Origin: Candidatus Latescibacterota bacterium
GTDB lineage: Bacteria > Latescibacterota > UBA2968 > UBA8231
DNA length: 64,000 bases
Assembly (NCBI GenBank): GCA_965248355.1
Contig: OZ252098.1
Span: 4,800,001-4,864,000, forward strand
Direction of reading: 5' to 3'
Below, piece after piece: positions 48,454 through 58,466 of the stretch. A program made the position numbers and the translations under genes. The notes below the pieces were generated by a model. It was not told where the DNA came from. It made no database searches and worked only from the letters and a program-made list of their open reading frames with translations. Numbering within the stretch: position 1 is the stretch's first letter; every line of letters begins with the position of its first letter.

Positions 48454-50538
48454 TTACTCGAGTTTGACCATCTTCCGGGCGCGCGTCTGCTCGTCCACCT
48501 GCAACCGATACATATAGACTCCAGCGGCGACGGGTCGGTCCTGCGCATCGCGGCCATCCCACGTCAACTCGTGTTCGCCGGCTGGCAGCGGACCCGTCCA
48601 CAGTTGGCGCATCGGCTGTCCCAGGACGTTGTAGATGGTCAGGTCCACATTCCTGGCTCCGGCGGGTACGGCCAGGGGGATGGTTGTGGCGGGATTGAAC
48701 GGGTTGGGATAGTTGGCACCCAAAGCAAAGGCTGTTGGCGTAGCCGTCTCGCCGGCCACGGCGCTGGCCGTGCCTTGGTTGGTAAAGACGAAGACGCCGC
48801 CGAGGTCGCTTCCGGGGCTCTTTCCCAGCACGACCAGATCGGTGTCGCCATCGCCGTTGACATCGCCGGTGAGGACCTGATCGCCCTCGCCGAGCAGGGG
48901 GTAGTAGCCTTCGAAAGCGGGTATCTCGTTGGGCCGCCCAAGCCACACCAACAGTGCCGGACCGACGGGCAGGTTGCCGGCGACCATCGCTATATCCAGG
49001 AGCCCATCGCCGTTGAGATCAGCGGCGGCCATGTGTGTCTTGAGCGCCTTCCAGTCGAGCAAGGAGTGGCGCGTCCCCCCGCCCGAGGCGTTCAGAAGCC
49101 ACAGAGCCAGGCCATAGCCCTCGGTGCCAAAGTACGTCTCAATGCGCTCGGGGGAACCGAGCAGGTCCACCATCCCATCGCCATCGAAGTCGGCCAGCAC
49201 GGAGGGATATCCCGGTCCTTCTACGGCGAGCGGCGATTCCTGAACGGCTGCCCACGGCCGGGTCAGCTGAAATTGGGGGTTGCAGAGCCTCCGCCCGCAG
49301 GGTTGCCTCCACACCAGGGCGGCGGCTTCGCCCAGGGGTTGTCCGGCGGGCAGGGCGGGGCTCATCTCCTCGCTGTCGTAGACGAATCTTTCGCTACCGA
49401 AGACGCCGTAGGCGTCGTGGCTCCACATGGTCACGTAGGACGATTCGCCGTCACGCCCCAGGACCAACAGATCCACATGGCCGTCACCATCCCCATCGGC
49501 CAGGCCAAGAGGCGAGACCTTGGCCAGTTCCAGGGTGGCATCAAATTCGTCGCCCCAGTTGTACCATACTTCGACAAACCGGCCCTTGTTGACGACCAGA
49601 TCCAGGAGTCCATCGCCATCGAAGTCACCTCCCCGGAGGCTGATGAGTCGAAAGGGGTCATTCCAAAAGGCTGTGGTTGAGAGGGAGATCTCCTGGGTGG
49701 GTTCAAAGCGGCCCAGCCCGTCGTTGGACGCCATGAGCCAGCCCATTTGTGGTTCGCCGTCCATGTAGCGATCCCAGGCCACTGCGAGATCCGCATCGCC
49801 ATCGTCGTCGATGTCGCCGACCGCGCCGCCATGCCACCGCCTGATGGGGCCTCCGACGGAGTGAAAGTCGAGCGCGGCGAACAACGCGCCGGGCGGCCCC
49901 ACCTCCACCGCGATATCCCCGGGCGACAATTCCCCCTGGGCCAACTCTTCGGCTCCTGTGAGCTGGATACTGTCTATTTCCAGGAACGTTGGATAGTTGT
50001 CCAGGTCCCGAGAGCCCCACATGGTCAGATGGAAATTGAAGAGGGTGTCCTGCCAGGTGGCCGGATAGTCCCGGACTGCTGGACCTGCTTCCGCCAAGGC
50101 GCGGAAATCGACGGTGATGTCTTCCCATTCGATGGGATAGAGTTGAAGGCGTTCTTCGCGAAACCTCGCTCTATTGACGTTGAAGTCAGTACGGCGGTTG
50201 TACTTGCCATTGGACCAGTGCATCCAGAGAAACCCCTCGATGGGGCTATGATGGATGAGGCGCAGTCGCAGGGTGAGGCGGTCGAAGAGGGCCGAGTCTT
50301 CGCCGATCACTGGCGAGATCAATTGAACCATGGGGCTTTGCCCAGGTACCAGCGCCAGGCGCCAGACGCCATCGACGACTTCGTTGTGTAGTGGGGCGTT
50401 GGTGCCTTCTTGATTCATGGCGAGAGTCATTGCCCGAGCGGTCCAGCCCCAGGTGGAGCCGTCGTCGAAATCCCACGTCAGGGCAACCGCTCCGCGTGGA
50501 GCGACCAACAGTAGAACTGCAAAGAGCGCGTAGCGCAT
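48454..50538 (-). CDS. Secreted FG-GAP/VCBS repeat protein with FlgD-Ig/T9SS-like C-terminal domain
   Basis: Signal peptide; six D.D/NGDG..DL repeats; [11 protein letters not shown]...RKMVKLE. Confidence 0.88.
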   Translation of the reverse strand: MRYALFAVLLLVAPRGAVALTWDFDDGSTWGWTARAMTLAMNQEGTNAPLHNEVVDGVWRLALVPGQSPMVQLISPVIGEDSALFDRLTLRLRLIHHSPIEGFLWMHWSNGKYNRRTDFNVNRARFREERLQLYPIEWEDITVDFRALAEAGPAVRDYPATWQDTLFNFHLTMWGSRDLDNYPTFLEIDSIQLTGAEELAQGELSPGDIAVEVGPPGALFAALDFHSVGGPIRRWHGGAVGDIDDDGDADLAVAWDRYMDGEPQMGWLMASNDGLGRFEPTQEISLSTTAFWNDPFRLISLRGGDFDGDGLLDLVVNKGRFVEVWYNWGDEFDATLELAKVSPLGLADGDGDGHVDLLVLGRDGESSYVTMWSHDAYGVFGSERFVYDSEEMSPALPAGQPLGEAAALVWRQPCGRRLCNPQFQLTRPWAAVQESPLAVEGPGYPSVLADFDGDGMVDLLGSPERIETYFGTEGYGLALWLLNASGGGTRHSLLDWKALKTHMAAADLNGDGLLDIAMVAGNLPVGPALLVWLGRPNEIPAFEGYYPLLGEGDQVLTGDVNGDGDTDLVVLGKSPGSDLGGVFVFTNQGTASAVAGETATPTAFALGANYPNPFNPATTIPLAVPAGARNVDLTIYNVLGQPMRQLWTGPLPAGEHELTWDGRDAQDRPVAAGVYMYRLQVDEQTRARKMVKLE

Positions 50539-50556
50539 GATTCTTCTCCAGTCCGT

Positions 50557-51582
50557 CTATCCGGCCGCCGGCAGACGGTGTGCCCCAGGTTCCTGAGATT
50601 GGCCCTCGTCGCCGATCCCGAGCAGGGCGCAGGCGTTGCCCCCGAAGATCCGGTCCTTCTCCCCGGCGGGGATGTCCAGCTCTTCCACCAGGCGGCTCAG
50701 CACCCCGATCCGGACCCACGGGTGGTCGCTGGCGAAGAGCAGGCGGCCGCTGCCGGCGAACTCGTACGCCAGCTTCAGGGCGAGCGGCGAGGGGGAGACG
50801 ACGTCGAGGTAGACCCGGTCGTAGTAGGCGTCCACGGGTTGGCTGATGTTCTCCCGGCCGCGGCCCATGGTGTCGGTCTGGTGCACGACGCGCCCCCACA
50901 GGTAGGGCAGCACGCCGCCGCAGTGGGGCTGCACCACCTTGAGCCGGGGATGGCGCTCGAGGACGCCACCGAGGATCAGCTGCAGGGTGGCGAAGCTCTG
51001 GTGCACCATGAGGCCAGCCATGGGGATCATGGAGTGGCGCTTGATGGCCGCGCCCCAGACCGGAACGCTCGGATGCAGGACCACGGGCACGCCCAGCTCG
51101 GCGATGCGCGCGTAGAGCGGGTCCAGCGACGGGTCGTCCACCTGGACGCCGGTGATGTGCGAATAGAGCATGACCCCCCGGTGGCCGAGGGTGACGACGG
51201 CGCGCTCCAGCTCCGCCAGGGCGTCCGCCGTGCTCTGCCAGGGCAGGCACGCGAGGCCGACGAAGCGCTCCGGATGCCGGGCCGCGGCTTCGGCCAGGCC
51301 GTCGTTGGCGGCGCGGGAGGCGGGGACCGCCAGCTCCGGCGCCAGGTTCTCCGGACCGGGCATGTTCACGCTCAGGGCGCTGATGTCGACGGAGGCCGCG
51401 TCCATGTCGCGCAGCTTGCGCTCGACGCCGTAGGCTTCCCGCTCCATGAGGAAGGTCTGGGCGTCCCCGTAGGTGAGGACGAAGCGGTCGCCTTCGATCA
51501 CCGTCCGCGGCCACTCGGGATTACGCGCCAGGACCTCCGCGTACTCGTCGGGGATGACGTGGGTCTGGCAGTCTACGCGCAT
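50557..51582 (-). CDS. Amidohydrolase family protein (ACMSD-like, amidohydrolase_2)
   Basis: DCQTH, ANDGLA, VLHP, PHCGG, FASDHP. Confidence 0.9.
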   Translation of the reverse strand: MRVDCQTHVIPDEYAEVLARNPEWPRTVIEGDRFVLTYGDAQTFLMEREAYGVERKLRDMDAASVDISALSVNMPGPENLAPELAVPASRAANDGLAEAAARHPERFVGLACLPWQSTADALAELERAVVTLGHRGVMLYSHITGVQVDDPSLDPLYARIAELGVPVVLHPSVPVWGAAIKRHSMIPMAGLMVHQSFATLQLILGGVLERHPRLKVVQPHCGGVLPYLWGRVVHQTDTMGRGRENISQPVDAYYDRVYLDVVSPSPLALKLAYEFAGSGRLLFASDHPWVRIGVLSRLVEELDIPAGEKDRIFGGNACALLGIGDEGQSQEPGAHRLPAAG

Positions 51583-51604
51583 GGGCTCTGTGCGACTCCG
51601 GCGC

Positions 51605-52552
51605 TCAGGCCTCGGGATCCCGCACGCAGGCGGCCAGATCCTCGAGCTGCGCCGGCGACTTGACCCCGGCCACCACCGAGACCACGCCCTCCCGGCCGAG
51701 GAGCCAGCGCACCGCGTAGCACGCCGGCGAGACGCCCGCGCCGGCCGCCTCCTCGTGGAAGGGATCCAGCTCTTCGTAGGGGATGTCGTCGGCGTCGATC
51801 CAGGCGGACTCGGCGGCCCGGCTGCCGGCCGGAAGCGCGGTGCCGCGTTGGTACTTGCCGCTGAGCAGGCCGCCGGCCAGCGGCCGGTAGGGGGTGATGG
51901 CGATGCCGGCCCGGTGACATACGGGCAGGTACCCGGACTCGAGATCCCGCTCCAGCCAGTTGTACTGGGGCTGGGCCATCACCGGGGGCGGGGCAACGCC
52001 GTCGCGGCACAGGTCGAGCATCGTTTCGATCTGGTCCGCGTCGAAGTTGGAGAACCCCCAGTGGCGCACCTTGCCGGCGGTGACCATTCGGTCGACGGCG
52101 CCGAGGGTGTCCTCCAGCGGCGTCTCCGCGTCGGCGATGTGCAGCAGGTAGTAGTCCACGTAGTCGGTCTGCAGGCGGCGCAGGCTGGCGTCGATCTGCT
52201 GCTCCACGTGGGCCGCACCCAGCCCGGTCCCCGAGTAGTCGGCGCCCGCCGGATGTCCGCCGCCGGGGCCGCCGCCGACGGGGTTGCCCACCTTGGTCGT
52301 GATGTACGCCCGGTCCCGCCGGCCTCGCAGGGCCTCGCCCAGGATCGCCTCGGCCACGCCGCCCGGCGAGCCCAGGTAGCGGTTGTAGCCCTCGTAGATG
52401 TCGGCCGTGTCGAAGAGGTTGACGCCCAGGTCGAGGGCGGCGTGCACCAGGTCGATGGCGTCCGGCCGGGGGACGGGACGGCCGAAGAGCATGGTCCCCA
52501 GGGTGATGACCGATACTCCTTCAGGTATGCCGGCCAGCGCTCGCCGCTCCAT
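51605..52552 (-). CDS. Aldo/keto reductase
   Basis: LGTMLFG, FDTADIY, TTKVG, SLRRLQTDYVDYYLLH, GFSN, PLAGGLLSGKY. Confidence 0.93.
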   Translation of the reverse strand: MERRALAGIPEGVSVITLGTMLFGRPVPRPDAIDLVHAALDLGVNLFDTADIYEGYNRYLGSPGGVAEAILGEALRGRRDRAYITTKVGNPVGGGPGGGHPAGADYSGTGLGAAHVEQQIDASLRRLQTDYVDYYLLHIADAETPLEDTLGAVDRMVTAGKVRHWGFSNFDADQIETMLDLCRDGVAPPPVMAQPQYNWLERDLESGYLPVCHRAGIAITPYRPLAGGLLSGKYQRGTALPAGSRAAESAWIDADDIPYEELDPFHEEAAGAGVSPACYAVRWLLGREGVVSVVAGVKSPAQLEDLAACVRDPEA

Positions 52553-52580
52553 GATCGTCCTCTCCATTGAAGCCGTTCGG

Positions 52581-52838
52581 CTATGGCCGCCCGGCGCTCG
52601 AGTTCTGTTCCGGGCCAGGCGATCCGGACTCGCCCTTGACGGCAAGGAGGACCGGATGGATCTCCTCGGCCGCCTCGACACCCGCAAAGCCGCCGCCGAC
52701 CACGCCTTCCCGCTCGATAGGGAAGATGGCGTAGAAGCTGACGATCGCATCGAAGCTGCCGGGAGGGAACTCGATCTCCGTGGCGTCGGCGGTGACGAAC
52801 CTGGCGGCCGGGACGTTGCCGCGGGCCAGGCCGGTCAT
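52581..52838 (-). pseudogene. Remnant of a class I SAM-dependent methyltransferase
   Basis: LARGNVPAARFVTADATEIEFPPGSFDAIVSFYAI; motif I and most of the C-terminal part are missing. Confidence 0.65.
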
Positions 52839-52846
52839 CTTCAGCG

Positions 52847-54148
52847 TCAGGCGAACCAGCGGGGCCAGACGGCCTCGGCCACGAAGACCTGCGACTGCGT
52901 CCGGTCCCCCGAGGCATAGACGATCCAGCGGCCGTCGGGCGAGAAGGAGGGGTGGGGATGGACGTGGCGCCACTGCGTGTCGTGGCGCACCAGGGGCCGC
53001 ATTTCGAGGAAGGCGCCCCGCTTCTGGAAGACCCCGATCCAGGCGCCCGATCCCAGCCAGTGGTAGTCGTGGTTCTCCGGGAGGGGGGGGCAGGCCTCGG
53101 GATCGACCTCCTCGAGGCGCCGCGCCTGGTCCTCGCGCCCTTCGAACCACAGGAACCCCGGGTCGGCGCAGTCGCCCGCCCACAGGTCGCCGGTCTTGTT
53201 GCGCTGGAAGTGCAGCGGCGGCTGACCGGGGAACAGCCAGCGGCGCGTCGTCCCCGTCCGGAGATCGGCGTCGAGCATGAAGGCCAGGTACTCGCCCTTC
53301 CGGCTGACGAACCCCTTCCACAGGTCGGCCAGGGGCACGCCGTCGCGGTCATGCCCGGAGTACTGGTAGAGGAGCATCTCGGCGTGGGCGTCCGGGGCCG
53401 GGTAGTAGTGGTTGATGAACTCCCAGGGGCGCTGGTCGAAGAGGGCCCGGGGGTGGCGGCGCGCCGCCAGAGCGTCCGTGTCGCACTCGAGAGACCAGGC
53501 GGTCTTGAAGCCCGCGGGCGGCAGGCGCGTATAGCTGCCCCACCAGACGAAGGAGGGGTCGTCGCGGCTGATGAAGAGATGGCTGTCGGCGGCTACCGGC
53601 ACCTCCGTCGAGGGCCCCTCGTAGACGACGGCCTGCTCGCCTCGCTCCGCGTCGCACAGGACGACCCGGTTCTCGCTGCCGTGGCGAAAGGAGGTGTCCG
53701 GCCGGATCTCGGTGCGCACCCGCTCCGGCCGGGCGCTGAGCACGAGATAGCGCCCGCAGGAGGAGACGTCCTCCAACCCAGGTGGACCGCAGCCCGGCAG
53801 GCGGCCGGACACGGGCTCGTCGGTCAGAGTCTCCGCATCGAGGGCCCGCACCTCGTCGCCGCTGGCGTAGTAGACCCGGCCCAGGGCCGGCACCGCGGCG
53901 AAGTTGCCGACGCCGGCCGGGGCGTCGGTGAGCTGGACGATCTTCCCCGAGTCGATCTCCACCTTGTAGAGCTGCCGCACGCCGCTGCGGTCGGAGTAGA
54001 AGACCAGGCTGCCGCCGATGAACTGCTCGTAGTTGTAGTAGGCGTTGACGTTCGCGCAGGCCGCGCTGGTGAGCTGGATGGCGCGGACGCCGGTCTCCGG
54101 CTGGGTGAACTCGCGCCTCTCCGATGGGAAGATGTCTCCGCGGGCCAT
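52847..54148 (-). CDS. Oligogalacturonate lyase-like / TolB-like beta-propeller protein
   Basis: PETGVRAIQLT, FYSDRSG..QLY, QLTD, C-terminal HPHPSFSPDGRWIVYAS. Confidence 0.75.
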   Translation of the reverse strand: MARGDIFPSERREFTQPETGVRAIQLTSAACANVNAYYNYEQFIGGSLVFYSDRSGVRQLYKVEIDSGKIVQLTDAPAGVGNFAAVPALGRVYYASGDEVRALDAETLTDEPVSGRLPGCGPPGLEDVSSCGRYLVLSARPERVRTEIRPDTSFRHGSENRVVLCDAERGEQAVVYEGPSTEVPVAADSHLFISRDDPSFVWWGSYTRLPPAGFKTAWSLECDTDALAARRHPRALFDQRPWEFINHYYPAPDAHAEMLLYQYSGHDRDGVPLADLWKGFVSRKGEYLAFMLDADLRTGTTRRWLFPGQPPLHFQRNKTGDLWAGDCADPGFLWFEGREDQARRLEEVDPEACPPLPENHDYHWLGSGAWIGVFQKRGAFLEMRPLVRHDTQWRHVHPHPSFSPDGRWIVYASGDRTQSQVFVAEAVWPRWFA

Positions 54149-54257
54149 GGTCCGGTCCAAGATAGGGCGATCGACCTGCCGGACAAAGGCGGATTGCGTC
54201 CTCGTTGGAGGGGGATAGCTTAGCCCGGGCCCGCCCATCCGGCGCGGGGATCGAGAG

Positions 54258-55642
54258 ATGGAAACGATGAGAGGCCCCAACATCCTGCTTCTGATGACGG
54301 ACCAGCAGCGCTGGGACGCGATGGGTTGCAGCGGCGGCCGGGTGCGGACGCCGAACCTGGACCGCATCGCCGCGGAAGGGGTCCGCTTCAGCAACTGCGT
54401 CGCCACCTCGCCGGTCTGCATCCCCACGCGCCTCAGCCTGGCTACGGGCCTGTATCCCCACAACACCGGCGTCTGGAACAACATGCAGCACCAGATGCCC
54501 GCCGATGCGCCGACGTGGATGCAGGCGGTGCGCGACGCCGGTTACCGGACCAGCCTCTTCGGCAAGACCCACCTCCACCCGCACAACGGGGACCTGCGCG
54601 ACCGCGAGGGCCTCATGAATGCCTACGGGCTGGACGATGTGAACGAGATCGGCGGACCCGGGCGAGCGCCAGGGCTCTGTCCCACATGACCGCGGAGTGG
54701 GAGGCGAAGGGCCTGTGGGATGCCTACCGCGCCGACTACCGCGAACGGTTCCGTACGAAGCCGCATCTCGTGCGCCCGTCGGCCCTGGGACTCGAGGACT
54801 ACGCCGATGTCTACGTGGGACAGCAGGCGAAGCGATACCTCGTGGACTATGATCGGCAGGAGCCGTGGTGCTGCTGGGTGAGCTTCGGCGGACCCCATGA
54901 GCCGTGGGACACACCGGAGCCCTACGCCAGCATGTACGACCCGGAAGAGATGCCGCCGGCCATACCGCGCCCGCCCGCCGGGGAACGTCCCCGCGGACAC
55001 CTGGACAGCCACATGGAGCGGATGAACCCGGCCTTCGAGCCAGGTGAGGTCGGCAGGCTCCGCGCCAACTACGCGGGCAACGTCACCCTCATCGATGACC
55101 AGATCGGCGAGATCCTCGACACGATCGAGGCGCGGGGTGAGCTCGACAACACCATCATCGTCCACACCTCCGATCACGGCGAGATGAACGGCGACTACGG
55201 CCTCATCTACAAGAGCAACTTCCTCAACGGCGCCGTGCGCATCCCGCTGCTCGTGCGAACTCCGGACCGCACCAACGCGGGGAGTCTCTGCGACAGCCCG
55301 GTCGAGTGGATCGACATCGGTCCAACCCTCGTCGAGCTGGCAGGCGGAGAGCTGGCCCATCGCCAGTTCGGGGAATCACTGTGCGATGTGCTGGAAGAAC
55401 CCGGGACGATCCACCGCGACTTCGCGATCTCCGAGATCCAGGGCGAGATCATGCTGCTGAACCAGGAGTGGAAGACCGCCCTCAACACGGAGGGAGAAGT
55501 CTACCTGCTCTTCGACGTGCGGGAGGATCCGGATGAGACCCGGAACCTCGCCGGCCGGCCCGAAGTGGCGGAGATCGAGACGGCCCTGCGCCTGCGGATC
55601 CTGGAGCGGCTTGTGCAGACGCAGCTGAGAAAGCCGCGATGA
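54258..55642 (+). CDS. Cys-type sulfatase with a -1 frameshift near 54658
   Basis: PNILLLMTDQQR, CIPTR (CxPxR), GKTH, PHEP, TSDHGE; adding one C to the CCC run gives GGPRASARALSH. Confidence 0.88.
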
Positions 55643-55771
55643 GCGACGTCGTCCGAATGGCCCACGTCGGGGCGCAGCGAACGCAGGAGCCTGGCCATCG
55701 TGCAGGCGGGGTACGAGTCGGCCCGCAGCGGCGAGGTCATCGCCCTGCGGGAGAGGTTCGGGGAGCTGTGA
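55639..55771 (+). pseudogene. Collapsed Gfo/Idh/MocA oxidoreductase (first ~12 and last ~30 codons only)
   Basis: ATGA-coupled MSDVVRMAHVGA joined out of frame to RRSLAIVQAGYESARSGEVIALRERFGEL*. Confidence 0.65.
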
Positions 55772-56249
55772 GTCCCTTCTCCATGACGATGATGTCGCGT
55801 GTCACGCCGGAGGGAAGCCTGTCCGGAGATCGGCTCACCTCGCTGTAGCCGCGGGCGCGGTAGAACAGAGGGGCGGCCACGTTGTACTCCGTGTAACGCA
55901 GTCGGGAGATCGCGTGGCCGGCGCGGCGGATCTCCTCCTCACAGACCTGCAGAAGAAGACTCCCGATGCCTCGTCTCTGGAAGGACGGATGGACCCAGAG
56001 ATCGGCGACTTCCCGGCCATCGGCATGGGACAAGCCAAGGAGTCGGGATCGGTGCTCCGCGACGGTGACCTGCCGCCAGATCTGCGGATACCGCTTGCTC
56101 TCGTAGTCTCCCTCCAGCCAATCGCGCACCGCCTCGATCGGTGCCAGCTCGCAGTTCCCGGAGAGCCAGGACCGTTGTGCCAGGTCGATGAGGGCCGGGA
56201 TGTCCGATTCGACGGCGCGGCGGGTCTGGACGGGAAGTCTCCCCGCCAT
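55737..56249 (-). CDS. GNAT family N-acetyltransferase
   Basis: LWVHPSFQRRGIGSLLL, FYRARGY. Confidence 0.88.
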   Translation of the reverse strand: MAGRLPVQTRRAVESDIPALIDLAQRSWLSGNCELAPIEAVRDWLEGDYESKRYPQIWRQVTVAEHRSRLLGLSHADGREVADLWVHPSFQRRGIGSLLLQVCEEEIRRAGHAISRLRYTEYNVAAPLFYRARGYSEVSRSPDRLPSGVTRDIIVMEKGLTAPRTSPAGR

Positions 56250-56251
56250 CG

Positions 56252-57169
56252 TCACTCCCCGTCGAGCAGTCCGAGCTGCTGCGCCAGCTCGCGCAGCTCC
56301 CGCTGCAACCACTCCGGCGCGTTGAGATACGGGGGCCGCACCAGCGGCGAATCGAAGAGCCCCTTCCAGTGGAGGAGGTGCTTGCACACCGAGAAGGCGT
56401 AGGGGTCCGGCGTGCAGTAGGCGATCATGGGCAGCATGCGCTGGTAGAACAGGTGCCGGGCGTCGTCCCAGGCGCCGGCCTCCACCAGCCGGTGCAGCTC
56501 CACCTCGCGGTCGGGCATGACGGCGGCGCTGCCGGCGACGACGCCGTCGCTGCCGGAGACGTAGGCCGGGAGCGAGAAGGCGTCCCAGCCGCAGATGTAG
56601 GTCGCCTCGGGGGCGGCGGCCTTGAGCTGGTCGAAGGAGTAGACGTTGCCGCTCACCTTGACGGTCATGATCCGCTCGATGCCGGCCACCAGCGGCAGCA
56701 CTTCGCCGGCCACGTCGAGGGTGCCTTCGTTGGTCTGGTCATAGAGCATCACCGGGATCCGTTCGGCGATCTGGCCGAAGAAGCCGTGCAGATCCGCCTT
56801 GGTCAGCTTCTTGGCCATGGCGAAGTCGGCGCCGCACCGGGCCGCCAACTCCGCCGCGGGCAGACCGCCGTCCTCCTCGACGCTGATGATGCCCATGCCC
56901 ACGGGGACGCGGCCGTCCACGTGCTCAAGCACCGTGGCCAGCACCTCCTCGATCTCCTCGAGGGTCTGCCCCTCGAACTCGCCCGCCTTGCCGCAGGCGA
57001 CCACCGCCGACACCTCGGACTCCAGCACGTAGTCGAGCTGGCGGCGCATGCTCGCGGCGTCGAACCGCCTTCCGTCGTCGGTGAACGGGGTGAAGAGGAG
57101 TGTCACCACCCCCTTGAGCACGGCGCCGCTGTCGACGCTGCGCAACCCCGCCGCCGCTGTCGCTGCCAT
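56252..57169 (-). CDS. Dihydrodipicolinate synthase/N-acetylneuraminate lyase family aldolase
   Basis: TPFT, CGKAGE, GRVPV, MLYD, VKVS Schiff-base lysine, VRPP. Confidence 0.85.
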   Translation of the reverse strand: MAATAAAGLRSVDSGAVLKGVVTLLFTPFTDDGRRFDAASMRRQLDYVLESEVSAVVACGKAGEFEGQTLEEIEEVLATVLEHVDGRVPVGMGIISVEEDGGLPAAELAARCGADFAMAKKLTKADLHGFFGQIAERIPVMLYDQTNEGTLDVAGEVLPLVAGIERIMTVKVSGNVYSFDQLKAAAPEATYICGWDAFSLPAYVSGSDGVVAGSAAVMPDREVELHRLVEAGAWDDARHLFYQRMLPMIAYCTPDPYAFSVCKHLLHWKGLFDSPLVRPPYLNAPEWLQRELRELAQQLGLLDGE

Positions 57170-57237
57170 GTAGTCCCCTCCTCCTCTTCCGAGAATCGCC
57201 GCCTGTGGCTCAGGGCGCCGCCCCGCTGTCGCCGCTA

Positions 57238-58366
57238 GTGTCGCGTCCGGCAAATGAGTTGTAAAAACAGAGTCAAGGCCTTATCTTCAGGCCATGGCCC
57301 GCCCGGTGTCCCGCCTTGAGTTGACCGCGTCCGAGCGACAGGAGTTGGAGCGTCGCGTCAGGGCCCCCTCCGCGTCCCAGCGCGACAGCCTGCGCGCGGC
57401 CATCGTCCTGCGCCGGGCCGAAGGGATCAAGCAGGTGCAGGTGGCCGCCGAGTTGGGCGCCAGTGTGGCGTGTGTGAACAAGTGGTCGCAACGCTTTGAT
57501 CGCGAGGGTTTGGCGGGACTGAACGACGCCAAGGGCCGGGGCCGGCCGGCGAGCTTGCCGGCGGACAAGGTCGAGCAGGTCCTCACCGCGGTCACGCAGC
57601 CGCCGAAGCCGCGCACGCGCTGGAGCGTGCGCTCGATGGGGAAGGCCAACGACATCAAGCCCCATTTGACCAAGACCTTCAAGGTCTCCACGGACCCGCA
57701 CTTCGAGGAAAAATTCTGGGACGTGATCGGGCTCTACCTGGATCCCCCCGAGCGCGCGCTGGTGCTGTGCTGTGACGAGAAGAGCCAGTGCCAGGCGCTG
57801 GAACGGACCCAGCCGGGCTTGCCGCTGGGGATCGGCGACATCCGCACCCGGACCCACGATTACAAGCGCCACGGTACGATCACCTTGTTCGCCGCGCTCA
57901 ACTACCTCGACGGCAAGCTCATCGCGCGTCTGGAGGCGCGTCATACCCACGTCGAATGGCTCCGCTTTCTCAAGCAGATCGACCGCGAGACGCCCAAGAA
58001 CCTGTCGCTGCACCTGATCGTGGACAACGCCGGCCCCCACAAGGAGGAGAGCGTGCAGCATTGGTTGTCTCGGCATCGGCGCTTCCATGTCCATTTCACC
58101 CCCACCAGTTCCTCCTGGATGAACTTGGTCGAACGGTTCTTCGGCGAGCTGACGCAGGATGTGATTCGGGACGGCAGCTTTGCCAGCGTCGGGGAGTTGG
58201 TGCGCGACATCGAAGCCTACTTGGCGCAGCGGAACTTGGCCCCCAAACCCTACCGCTGGAAGGCCGACGGCGAGACCATCCTGCGCAAGATCCAGCGCGC
58301 TCGGGAGACGGTGGCGGCGACATCGGACAGCCCTTGTTGATTCTTCTTAATTCTCGGACGGGACAC
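57238..58366 (+). mobile_element. IS630-family insertion sequence, 1129 bp
   Basis: IRs GTGTC(G/C)CGTCCG; TA duplication at 57236-57237 and 58367-58368. Confidence 0.9.
57294..58340 (+). CDS. IS630-family transposase (probable in-frame deletion in the second HTH)
   Basis: CDEKSQCQAL, THDYKRHGT, IVDN, HFTPTSSSWMNLVERFF. Confidence 0.9.
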   Translation: MARPVSRLELTASERQELERRVRAPSASQRDSLRAAIVLRRAEGIKQVQVAAELGASVACVNKWSQRFDREGLAGLNDAKGRGRPASLPADKVEQVLTAVTQPPKPRTRWSVRSMGKANDIKPHLTKTFKVSTDPHFEEKFWDVIGLYLDPPERALVLCCDEKSQCQALERTQPGLPLGIGDIRTRTHDYKRHGTITLFAALNYLDGKLIARLEARHTHVEWLRFLKQIDRETPKNLSLHLIVDNAGPHKEESVQHWLSRHRRFHVHFTPTSSSWMNLVERFFGELTQDVIRDGSFASVGELVRDIEAYLAQRNLAPKPYRWKADGETILRKIQRARETVAATSDSPC

Positions 58367-58466
58367 TAGCGGGTCACACTGCCTGCGGGCCGGAAACCTG
58401 TCAAGCCGGCGCGCCCGTTGGGGCGGGTACACCGCGCCCGTCCCGCGAGAACCGTCCGGCGGCCGC

